Part shown: positions 12,601-24,600 of the stretch, one piece after another
Position numbering within the stretch: the first letter of the stretch is position 1
Layout: the number at the start of each line of letters is the position of its first letter
NCBI GenBank assembly: GCA_950097015.1
Contig: CATNEN010000024.1
Location: 4,402,001-4,466,000, forward strand
DNA: 64,000 nt
From: Macrostomum hystrix
Lineage: Eukaryota; Animalia; Platyhelminthes
Direction of reading: 5' to 3'
Notes under the pieces: model-generated
The model's database searches: none
Told to the model about the DNA's origin: nothing
Seen by the model: the letters and a program-made list of their open reading frames with translations, nothing else
Position numbers and translations under genes: made by a program

Positions 12601-15600
12601 CCCTCCCTCTGTCCACCTCACTCGCCCTCCCTCTGTCCACCTCACTCTCCGTCCCACTCTCCACCTCACTCGCCCTCCCTCTGTCCACCTCACTCGCCCT
12701 CCCTCTGTCCACCTCACTCTCCCTCCCTCTGTCCACCTCACTCGCCCTCCCTCTGTCCACCTCACTCTCCCTCCCTCTGTCCACCTCACTCTCCCTCCCT
12801 CTGTCCACCTCACTCTCCCTCCCTCTGTCCACCTCACTCTCCCTCCCTCTGTCCACCTCACTCTCCCTCCCTCTGTCCACCTCACTCGCCCTCCCTCTGT
12901 CCACCTCACTCTCCCTCCCTCTGTCCACCTCACTCTCCCTCCCTCACTCTCCCTCCCCCTCTCTCCCTCACTCTCCTTTATTGGTTAGAATTAGTAATAC
13001 TTTATTGTGGTTGATATTTCTCTGTGTCTCTCTGATTTTCCATTTGACCATTGTAGACAAAATATATTTCAATGAAAGAACGAATATTAAAATGATTATA
13101 TTATATTTTTATCTTCACAGTCGCAAAGTTTATCAGATAGCCAAGAGATTTTCTACCAGAGTATTTGTTAATATCTAGTCATTATATTAAATTGATTCCA
13201 GGGCACCGAGATAAATAATAATAAAGGAATCTGTATACTACAGTTTAAGCTCGAAATAAAAGTACATTCCATGAAAATCTTAAGAAGGCTTTGTACTTAA
13301 TTTTCACAGAGAGAGCGACAGAGAGAGATTAACTTTATAAATCTAAAAAGTTTGAATCACAATAAACTGATTGTTGCAACAGTGCAGCTTACTAAACTGC
13401 AGTCTCAAGGGCCAATTAACGAAATCTAATCGAGTATATACTCGTAACTTGCGCACATAAACACGCTAAGCATTTATGCAAGCAAGTTTACTCATTACGC
13501 AGAAAGAAGAAAATTACTTTTGCGCAATTCTCTGACGGCCAGTTTTCTGCTGGTTTGCACTTCGATATTTCGAGTCTAATGTAAAGGCTGCAAGTTTCTA
13601 GTCTGTCTTAGCACACACTAAATCCGTCACCATAGCAACCCACTCAAAATTTAAAGTAATAAGCATAAAACATGCGAGGTAAAATGGTTATAAAAATGCT
13701 TCTTTGTGAATTTAAATGTTTAGGACCATTACGGCATCTGGAATTCTTTCGCCTTAAACAGAGAACAGGAATATTTAAGGCTATTTAAGGCAAGCTTGTA
13801 GCCTAGTGGTTAGAGCGTCAGACTAACGACTTGAAGGTCGGGGGTTCGATTCCCAAATCCACTGGAACAATTTGTGCCATTTAGCAAGACACTTAACTCT
13901 GCATTGCTTCAGTTCACCCAGCTCTTAAATTGATACCAGCAACAGCTGACAGTTGGGATAATTGAAGGTGGGTGTGGCGTCCCCCCAGTCCATGGACTGA
14001 ACAGCTGTACACAGCCTTCAGATGCGCCGCACAATAGCTGCGACTGTGCTGTTGGCTGCACATCTGGCCCAAACGGGGCAGGTGTAATCAATTATAATTA
14101 TGTATTATTAAGGCTACGTATAGCTTTTCAGTCCATGGACTGAAACCACCTCAGCTACGCGAATCTTATAAGTGTCTTGCTCAAGGACGAAATTCGTTTC
14201 TGAGATTCAAACTCCCGAGCGAATGCTTAATAAGTTTTTAATATAATCTTAGCGACACCCTACTTCTCCATTGTAATTTTTCCTCGAAATTTCGTTTCAT
14301 GACGAATAGTGTGTTTGCTTTTCACTTATTTACCAGCGGCATCAGGCCTGGCTATGAACACAGGCTAGTCCAAATAAGGAATTGTGAAAGGAATGCGTGC
14401 AGGCTAGCAGTCTTGACCCAATGTACACGGTGTGGCAGAACCCCATTCTATAGCACTGCATCTATTCGAATAGAAAATTTGTGAACAAAAATATGCACGC
14501 TCCTCTAGATGACAATGGGTGGTTAGTCTATGAGGCTTCTTAAAACTATTAGAGTCTTAATTTCATTCTAACGGCCGTGGATTACATTAAAATAAATTCC
14601 CTTCGATAATTCCCAAGCCTGCCTATCAGATCAGTCGGTGTACATTTCATCGCAAGGTAAATTAATGGTCATGAAAGCTATTAATTTGAGAGGCATTCAC
14701 ACAATGGAGGCGTTTTTTACTATATCTGTCTAAAAAACTGCGGATTCAGGACTGCGGATTAATGTGTATATTATTTCTACAATGGATTCAAATCACTTTG
14801 TCTATGACTAAAACTCGTTCGATAACCAACATCTAACCTGATTCTTGTTTAACCTAATTTTGGCCAAACTACAGTTTGGCGTCATTTTTCATTGGCTGTG
14901 ATCAGTCACGTGTTTGGGCTGTGGTCGTGGGGTGGCTAAATAGATTTAAAGCGTTCTAAAAATTGCAACTAACATCGCTATGCTGGGCTAATCAGATTTT
15001 AGCCAGAGCTATAACACAGAATTAAAGCGTACGAAACTGTGCTCCAATGCACTGTGAGAATGTACACTCCCTGACTATGAGAAAGTCAGGGACATGTACA
15101 CAGCAATGTGAGTGTGTCTCGTACAGTATTTGTATCTGTGTGAGTGTGGGCTCAGGAGTGAGCGGAATGGGCAGAACCGCCTCCTGTTGACCTAATAATA
15201 ATGATATTATTAATCCCTAAAATGCATTGCAAGATGAGGGTCTAGCTCCATTAGTTATACATATTCTAGCACTTCTTCACTTGTAATTATAGACGCATTA
15301 GAAAACATAATTAAAAATAATAATTAAGTACTACATTTTCTAGATGACAACACAAAAATATGGTATGTTTCAGTTGCAATAATGTGTATATTGATAAAAT
15401 TGTGTTTAGTAAGTTCGCTAGGGCGCTAATAAGCTATTCTAGTTATATTGGTACACGGTTGCACCTGAGCTGACGGCTGACCTTGTCAATCAGCACTTAC
15501 CAAGTTGGACTTTGCCTGCGGCTGTAATTGTTTTATTAATTGCGCAATTTGTGGATTTGCGATGGATGTTCAGAGAGGCATCGATAAATCATCAGTACAA

Positions 15601-18600
15601 GTACATATATTAGTACAAGCGGGAGTATGCTCAACTCTGATACTTAAAAGCGACATTTCTCAGTCAGTTTATCGCTAAGGAAATCGGTGATCCCAATCAG
15701 GGATGTAAGTCTATCGGTGGCAGCGCTAGCTACAGTTGAGGCAGAATTGATGAATAGTCCCCCCGTGGATGTCCCAACCAGCGGGACAATGATGTTGAGC
15801 AGGCAGTTTTTGCCTAATTACGCATGCAAAGCCCAGGGTTAGACGGAACCCATTACTCTATTTTTAGTAAGCGTCTGGCCAGTCAATTGATTGATTAATT
15901 AACAATAGAACTGTCAGCAATGCTTCTCGAGGTTAACGTGAAATATGTCCTGCCATCGATAGTGCACAAAGACTTGAAAAGTTTGTACTATGGCTGAAAG
16001 ATGCTCTACGAGCTAATTCTGGATTCAAGTCCAGGGCAGAAAATATTTTCGGATTCATTTACAAAGTCGTCCGATCTGCGGATCACCAGGAAACAGAGAA
16101 AATGAATATGCACGCCGTGTATGCGAGCGTAGACTATGGGCGTGAGGTGGGTGTCTAGGACGGACAGAGGTTATAAAATTGAATGTACACTCGTGCGTAC
16201 ATTCCGCTGAAAACTGGTCGTAGCTAATCATCGTTGCGTGTGTGAGGTGGGTGTCAAGGGACGGAAAGAGGTTATAAAATTAAATGTACACTCGTGCGTA
16301 CATTCCGCGAGCTGAAAACTGGTCGTAGCTAATCATCGTAGCGTGAGGTGGGTGTCTAGGAGGGGTAGGAAAGGGAAAAATGACTGTTCAACGAAACCAA
16401 AAAGACAAAATTTTAACGGTCATCGACTCATCGCTAAGGAAGAATTAAATGGATGCCAGTCAATGTCATGAGGTTTTTTATAAATATAAAAATACTTGAT
16501 ATTTTTACAGGCTTTTTAATCATTCCGTAGTAGTATGCAAGAGGGGGCTTCTAGGACAAAAATAATCGCAGCCTCCATTATCCACAAACCATTACTTTTA
16601 TTATTCCCGAAGAGATCAGGAAAAAAAGGGTCCCCGCCCCTCTAAAAACTCCGTCTCCATATTCTAAATTCTCTACTTTTAATATCCCACATCAGTTTGT
16701 AAGTTGAATATCTAGGACAAAAAATTATCGCAGCCTCCTTATTGCACAAACCATTACCTTTCCTGAAGGAACAAGGTTCCCCCGCCAAAAAAAAAATACT
16801 TTCCAGTTTCTGAACTTGGACAAAACAAATTATCGCAGCCACTCCCTAAGAGATCATGCACAAAATAGCGAAGCTGCAAAAAGCGTGCCAAGACAATCAA
16901 ATTAGCACTAAAATCCCAATCAAGACCCCGAACCTAGGGTGCTCATCCTCCGAAAAAAAATTATATTCTCATTAAAAATGCTCCCAATCGTCTCTCCAGG
17001 ATCTTATTACAAAAGTCATGAGCCTAATTACAAGAGTAAGTACCAATGCAAACGAGAATGCAGCGAGTACATGAAGAAATATTGTCCCAACGTCGATATC
17101 AATGTCCCTAATATTAATCTAGCTCTCCAAAGTCACTGGTTTCATAAGTATGGAGCAATTATAAAGGACTACGACAGCTACTATAACTTTGCAGAAATCA
17201 TTAAGCAGCTATAGAACACGCTGCATTAAAATCGATATTTTACGTACGAGCGTTTGATATTTTGCTGTGTGGCGGGTGGATGTTGAGCGGAATGTGTAAG
17301 GCAGCTGTTTCTTGTCTTAGTTCACAGCGCGAGCGGTGTTGGTAGTCACTCCCAGTTGGCTCCACCCCCCCCCCCCCCCCCCAATACGCTCAAACGTGAG
17401 CTCAACGTCAGCTCTTAAAACAAACGTGAGCTCAGCCCGCCCTTTTCGCCGCCTCTTCCTAAAGTTATTTTACACTTCTCAACCGAAACCGTAATAGCTT
17501 CTACTTCATCTATGGATGTCGATTGGTGTATAAACCTGTCTGGCGAAACAGTGCAACGGAGCCTATGTGAGGTCTTATCTGAGACTTTAGCAGAAATCAA
17601 GGATCCAGTTAGAGCTGCGCAGAAACGACAAAAGATCGCCGCATTTTTCAAGCTCAACGAAGAGTCGCTGCAAATGGAAGTCCTCACTCTAACGCGGCTG
17701 CAGAAGAAGGCCGCGAGTGATCGCGTGGCGGCGCTTGATGCAGAGCGGCGAGCTAAGCGCAAAGAAGACTTCAAACAGAAGCTCCTCGCTTCACGAATTC
17801 CCCAAGCAGATGTTGGGAAACCTGCCGATGATGAAAGCGGTGATGTGGTAGAGCGTCTGCAGTGCGCTCTGTTTCGTCTGAGAAGGTCGCAGAAGACTGG
17901 TCTGCATCATGCGATCCAATGTGGAAAACTCTTGTTGACATTTAAAGCCAGTAATAAAAACAGCGGTAAGAAGGCACGAAAGCAGCATTTTGACTACCTT
18001 CTTGATCAAGTAAACCTCAAGGTTTCGTCAGCAAATCTTTATATGAAGTTGTTCAAGCTGGAAAGTGAATACCCTGGTCTTAGGCAAGTCTCCCTGCCGC
18101 TTCGTGATTTGAACACCAATATGTCAATATTAGTTGAAATCCTTGAGGATGATCAGTTATGGAAGCAACTTGTTTGACAATAGGCGCAGAAACTCTAGCC
18201 TGCTTCGGATTGGCCAGAAAAAGTTAACGCGTTGGCTTTTTTTTCCTATTGCAACTTTTTTTAGAAAGCTCTAGTATGCTTCGGATTGGCCAGAAAATGT
18301 TAACGCGTTGGCATTTTTCCCTATTGCAGAACAAAAAAAAAAGAGAAATAGTTGTAGTAAGTGTATTACGTAAAATATTTTTGTGGTATATTGACGCTTC
18401 CTATTAGTCAGAAAAGGCTAATATGCTATTTACCCTATTTCCTGAATAAAGTGACAGACGCAATTAAAAAATCTGCTTTCCTATATCTGAGTAGTATGCA
18501 AGCGGGGGTCACCAGAATTTTTTAAGTGACCATCTTTGATTTAAATTTTGGTAGAAGAATTTCCTCGAAAATTAAATGATGCGCTTCAACATACAAAAAA

Positions 18601-21600
18601 AGTGTTCAAAACAATTCAAATTTATTCTTTGAAGATTCAAATTTATTCTTTGAAGATTCAAATTTATTCTTTGAAGATTCAAACGCATAATTAGGTAGCT
18701 CATTATCTTTGAATCTTCAAACGCATAATTAGGTAGCTCATTATCTTTGAATCTTCAAACGCATAATTAGGTAGCTCATTATCTTTGAATCTTCAAACGC
18801 ATAATTAGGTAGCTCATTATCTTTGAATCTTCAAACGCATAATTAGGTAGCTCATTATCTTTGAAGATTCCAATACGAGTATTCTTAAGCAACAAGAAAA
18901 ATCGGATTCGAACCACAGGCTAAAAGTTTGCAACTGCATGCCAACCACACGCCATACCAACTATGCCAGCGAGCGATCTCTAGCCAGTACGATGGAACTC
19001 CTATTTAGCCTGCAAATGTGTGTTCTGCTCTCTCAACCCCCAGCTCTTTCAGCAGTCTTCCCAGTTCTTTACTTGGCGCATGCAATACAAAGCCCACCCC
19101 ACCAATCCCCAACCCCAACTTTGTCTTACCAAAAATAACAGCTTTAACTAGTTTCCGAGCGATCGATTCCCTCCACCCGCTTGAAGTCCCCATATTGTCT
19201 AGCTTTCTAAGCATTTCTTTGTCCCAGCGAGTCTTCTCCTCTGGAAAATCCCTATACTTAATATCATGCCACATACAGACAGAGTCTAGCTCGTTCACAG
19301 GCTCATGCCCAGGATTTGGATTATTGTTTTTATCTAGCTGTATTTCAAGCGGATTCAAAGGCCCACAATATTTGTAGCCGGGAATTGTCCAGCCTTTGTT
19401 TGGATGAGGAAGCTTTTCTACCAGTCCATGTGAGTCTAAGTTTCCACCAGAGCGTTGCATCATTTTTATAAAAAATTAAATAAAAAATAATGGCAGATCA
19501 GAAACTTCAAAAGCTCTACTACAGTGACAAAGGATTCTTTGTAGGAAAAAATGCAGTCACCAAACTCGCGGAACTAAGTAATGAATCAAAACAAACAGTT
19601 GAAAGATGGCTCTCTAAGCAAGCAGTTTACCAAGTCTATTTCCCACCTGTTAAATTTACAAGACCTCACTTTAACATCTATAAACCTAATGAAGCGCACC
19701 AAGCAGATCTTCTGTTTCTCCCCAATGACTCAGGCTACAAGTATGCGCTCACTGTTATAGACATTGCCTCCAGATATAAGGAAGCGAGACCGCTTAAGAC
19801 TAAGAAGTCAGAAGCAGTTGCAGCTGCCCTCCAAGACATTTACAAAAACTCTCCGCTCACATACCCCCAAACCTTTATGACTGATCCTGGCAAAGAATTC
19901 ATGGGGGCAGTCAAATCCCTTATGGAAAAGAACAATACGAAAATGCGCTACGGAAGAACTGAGCTCCATAGAGACCAGGCTTTTGTTGAAAGATTCAATC
20001 TAACTCTAGCAAAGAGACTTTTCACAAAGCAGACAGCTGAAGAGCTGAAACTAAAAAGTGGCCAATACTATACCAAGTGGACAGAAAGACTCCCCGCAGT
20101 AATAAGTCAACTGAACAATGAAGTATCTCGAATGACAAACCTGAAACCAAATACTGCCATCAAACAAGACACAGTTAAATCAAAACATCCAATCGCCAAT
20201 TTCAACTATCCAAAGCTCCCTGGCGTTTATTCTCCGGAAATTCTTACTAACTCTGAATTCGTTCGCTTCCTTTACTTACCAGGAGAGCTGGAGAAGGACA
20301 CAAAGAGAAGAGCAACAGACCCATACTTTAGTCTTGATGTACATAAGATAAACAGGCATTTCACATCAGCATCCGGTGATTACTATTTTCTATCCCAAGA
20401 CTTTAATTCAAAATCCCCCACACGATCATTCACAAGGGCTGAGCTTCTAGTGATTCCACATGACACAGAAATAAATTAATTTTTTTTTAAATAAAATGAT
20501 TGAAACCAGAACCGTGAATAAAATCAGCAGAATTATCGACTCTAAGAAGCCAGGCGTTGTATCAATTAAAGGTGTCAAAGTCAAAGTAGATCCAATCCAG
20601 CAAATGATCCATTGTAACAATCAAACGCACAATATCACTGATGAGAAGACAGGCGGGATTCTTCCTTTGCTAACTCTTATCCCCATCATCGCAGGTGCTC
20701 TTGGTGCTGCAGGAGGTGTAGCCGGCGGAGTTGCATCAGCTGTGAAGGCTGGCAATGACAGAGCACATCAACAAGAGATGGAGAAAATCGCTAGAGAAAA
20801 AGGAGTCAGAATCGGGGGTAGTTGTGAATCTGATGATGGATCAGCTGATGAATCAGTCAGCAAATCAGAAATCGTTAAAGCCATCATGACACTGCATAAA
20901 GCAGGATTTACAATACTCCGGATGTGAAAACAGAACAGAACAGAATCTGCTCTCATAACTATATTTAGCACTGTTGGTAGTAGTATGCCATACTTTACAC
21001 TTAACTTGAGGGTGACCACCCTAAATTTTTTTTATAAAATTTTCATTAAAAATGCCTAAAGCAAATCCAGAAAAAAAATTTGTCGAATCTTTCTTTCAAA
21101 ATAATTGTCCTCAAGCTCAATCGTTTCAACAAAAAAGTCAAGTCCTGCAAGAGTTTTGCAGGCAGAAATTCCATCAAGATCCAGGCTACCTCGGGAGCTA
21201 TGCAATACAGCAAGAAATTATTAATCAGCTTCTGCATTCAGAGCAGTACACACCAGTGAAGAAGCCGGCGACTGAACACCAACAAAAGAGCCGCAGCTTA
21301 GTCAATAAGTATGAGACACTCACAGGTCAAAATGTGTCGAAATACCCACAGAATAAGCAAGAGCAAGAAGATCTAGAACGTACAATCCACCAGGTTGAAG
21401 CAGAGCTACAAGCAGAAACTGAAGACCTTAAATTTGCACAGAGAAAATTCACAGAGCATTATATTGAGTATACAATCCAGGAAGACACCACAAATTCCCA
21501 ATCCGACATTTACGACTTCAAAGACAGAATTCAATCAGTAATTGATCACACACTGAAGTCACGTAAGACCTTCAAGCTTCAGTTATCATTCAAGATTGAA

Positions 21601-24600
21601 TTTTACATGCCTGCAAAACCCACTGAGCGTCTTGAATACTACATGACTACTAAAGCTCTACCCTTTACTCCCACTGACACACAGGATCCTTTTCTTCAAG
21701 AGATCAGTAAAAAGATTGACGCCTTTACTTCCAGAGGATCAGGTTGGGTTGTCAATGGCATTCAAAAAGCTACAGTAATGATCATGAAATATGACCCTCT
21801 CAAAGCTTCATCATATATTGAGCTCCCGAAAAAGCTAGCGAGTAAAAAAGCTTGCATCAATGTGCAAAATCCTGACCAATGCTGCGCACTATGGGCCGTT
21901 CTGTCTGCAATATTGTATGACAAGGATCGAGCCCACCCAGAGAGAACTTCTCATTATCAAGGTTTGTTCCAGCATAATCATCTCATCTGCCAAGCTAAAG
22001 GAATTTCCTTCAATAGAGGCGGCTTGGCAATCGATCAAATCCCAAAGCTAGAGGAAGTATTTAACAATAAAATCAGAATCACAGTCTTTGAATGGAATGA
22101 GAAGAGCGAAAAAGTACAATTAGTCAGAGCCAGTAAAAACACGCTAGATCCTGAAGGTAGGCGTCGCATAGATGTCGATCTTCTAATCATAGGTGATTTG
22201 CGAGAAAATGCCCACTACGTTTGGATTAAAGATCTTTCCAGGCTCCTCCACAAGCAAATGAACAATCATCATGAATCGGTAGCAATCTGCCGTCTTTGTC
22301 TGAAGCATTATAGTGGACCCGATCGTGATGAAAAACTTAAAGAGCATGAACTGACCTGTGAAGATCATCCAACCAACTGCACACTTCCAACGGATAAGCA
22401 TCTCAGATTTAAGAGTTATCACAAGATGGAGAAGCTCCCGTTTATAGTGTATGCCGACTTCGAATGTACTATAAACCCTGAAACCAATAAGCATGTCCCA
22501 AATTCTGTTGCGTATCTCTTTATTGGAAGAGACTCTTTTATTGACTCAAAGTATTTCTTAGGTGACCAGTGTGTTGAACAATTCATTTACTCGATGATGG
22601 AATTACAGAAAAATGTTGCTGCCATTCAGCCTGTTCCGATAACTATGTCCGATCAAGATGAAATCGACTTCGGATCTGCAACTCATTGTCACATTTGCCG
22701 AAAGCTATTAACACCCTGCGACGTCAAAAACCACACAGTCAGAGATCACGATCACTTCACAGGAAAATTTAGAGGGGCAGCTCATAACACCTGTAATCTG
22801 AAACTTCAGAAAAACATCCGCGACCTTACCATTTTCTTCCATAACGGAAGGGGATATGATTATCACTTATTGGTTGAGAAGCTGGGTATGATACCAGGCA
22901 TTAAACTAGATTGCATCGCAGAGAACAAAGAAAAGTTTAAGTGCATTGATATTAAGCGAGATTCAGGCAAGATTAAGATCAAAGATTCATTCCAGTTTCT
23001 GGCCGCCAGTCTCGATGCTTTGAGTAAAAATCTCACCGATGACCAATGTACTTATACCAAGATGCTGGCAGATTCCCTCAATCCTAGAACCCCAGATTCA
23101 TTTAAGCTTCTTAGAAAGAAAGGTGTCTACCCTTATGAATGTAATCACGTCTTTGCAGAACCACTACCACCCAAGGACAAGTTCTTTTCAAAGCTAACAA
23201 ACTCTGGGATTTCTGATGAAGATTATGAGCATGCTCAGACTGTTTACAAACATTTTAACTGTCGAAACTTTCTTGATTATCACATGCTTTACCTTTGGAC
23301 TGATGTCTTTCTTCTAGCTGATGTATTTGAAACCTTTAGAAAGACCTGGTACTCTGCTTATGGTCTCGACCCCGCTCATTATGTGTCTTTGCCTGCTACC
23401 AGTTGGGAATCATTGCTTAAAATGAAATGGGATCAAAATCCCAACTGGTACATCGAGCTGCTTACAGACATAGACATGTACAACTTTATAGATTCATCTA
23501 AGAGAGGTGGCATCTCTATTTGTGTCCATAGGTATGCAAAGGCGAACAATCCGTATCTAGAAGACTATGATAAAGAAAAGCCTTCAAACTACATCATTTA
23601 TCTGGATGCCAACAACCTCTATGGTTGGGCTATGAGCCAAGATTTACCTGTTAGAGATTTTAGGTGGCTAGATACTTATAAACGCGACTTTTCAATACCT
23701 GCGATCTATGAAGTTGATGTTGAAATCCCTAGGGAACTTCACGACAATTTTTCTGACTTTGCCCCCTTCCCTGAGAACATTAACTGTCCAAAGATAATCC
23801 AGTACAATGATGGAAGCTGGCAGCTATCTGAAAAAGAAAAAGAGCGTGTGAAAAAGTTAACACAAAATCTCATGAACAAGACACGCTACATCATTCATTA
23901 CAAACTGTTGCAGTATTTTATCTCCCTAGGCTGTAGGGTCACGAAAGTTCACAGGGCTCTCGCATTCACAGAAGAAGCGTGGATGAAGCCATACATAGAA
24001 AAAAACACCCAGTTTAGAACTAAAGCAACAAACAGCTTTGACAAGGACCTGTTCAAGCTTGCAAACAACTCTGTCTATGGCAAGACCCTAGAAAACGAAC
24101 GCAACCGCACGAACCTGAAGCTCGTTACCTGTTATGAGCCTGGTACTATTCAGACAAGTTTATCAAAGCCCACTTTCAAAGAGCTTCATATCTTTAATGA
24201 TTACTTGGGTGCCATACTGTTCTATAAGACTAAAGTTACCCTATGCAAGCCCATATTTACAGGTGTGACTGTACTTGACGAATCGAAGCGCCTGATGTAT
24301 AAATTCTTCTATGACATGAAGCGACAATACGGCGAACAAGTGAAACTTCTATATACTGACACAGACTCCCTAATTCTAAACATACAGACTGAGGATGTCT
24401 ATCAGGACATGTTGAATCAAAAACATCTGTATGACCTATCCGAATATCCAGAGTCCTTCAAGACTTTGAAAGGTGATCAAGTACGCGACACTGGAAATCA
24501 AAAAGTTGTAGGAAAAATGAAGGATGAAACGGCTGGCACCCTCATTACAGAGTTTATCGGTTTGAGGGCAAAGTCCTATTTTGTAAAAAGTTGTAAGTCT

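Noticed and set aside
4257-12988. Long ORFs 4257-5204, 4272-5147, 7016-8094, 10844-11268 and 11618-12988
   Set aside because: Translations of minisatellites lacking stop codons; open in several frames or on both strands
8491-14095. tRNA genes at the GTAGCCTAGTGGTTAG..GGTTCGATTCC motifs
   Set aside because: No matching acceptor stem at the 3' side; each continues into a shared ~200-bp body, so these are SINE heads
16151-16161. 11-mer GTGTCTAGGAC shared between the host flank repeat and Polinton repeats at 27557
   Set aside because: An 11-bp match between a few hundred bp of flank and 15.6 kb on both strands is expected by chance
16642-16842. Outward-facing TIR ORF (and its mirror 31860-32060)
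   Set aside because: GTG start without the element's A-run context, overlaps the TIR sub-repeats and homopolymers; probably non-coding
18614-18873. CRISPR-like array of palindromic repeats
   Set aside because: Intervening sequences are identical rather than unique spacers, there are no cas genes, and the context is eukaryotic
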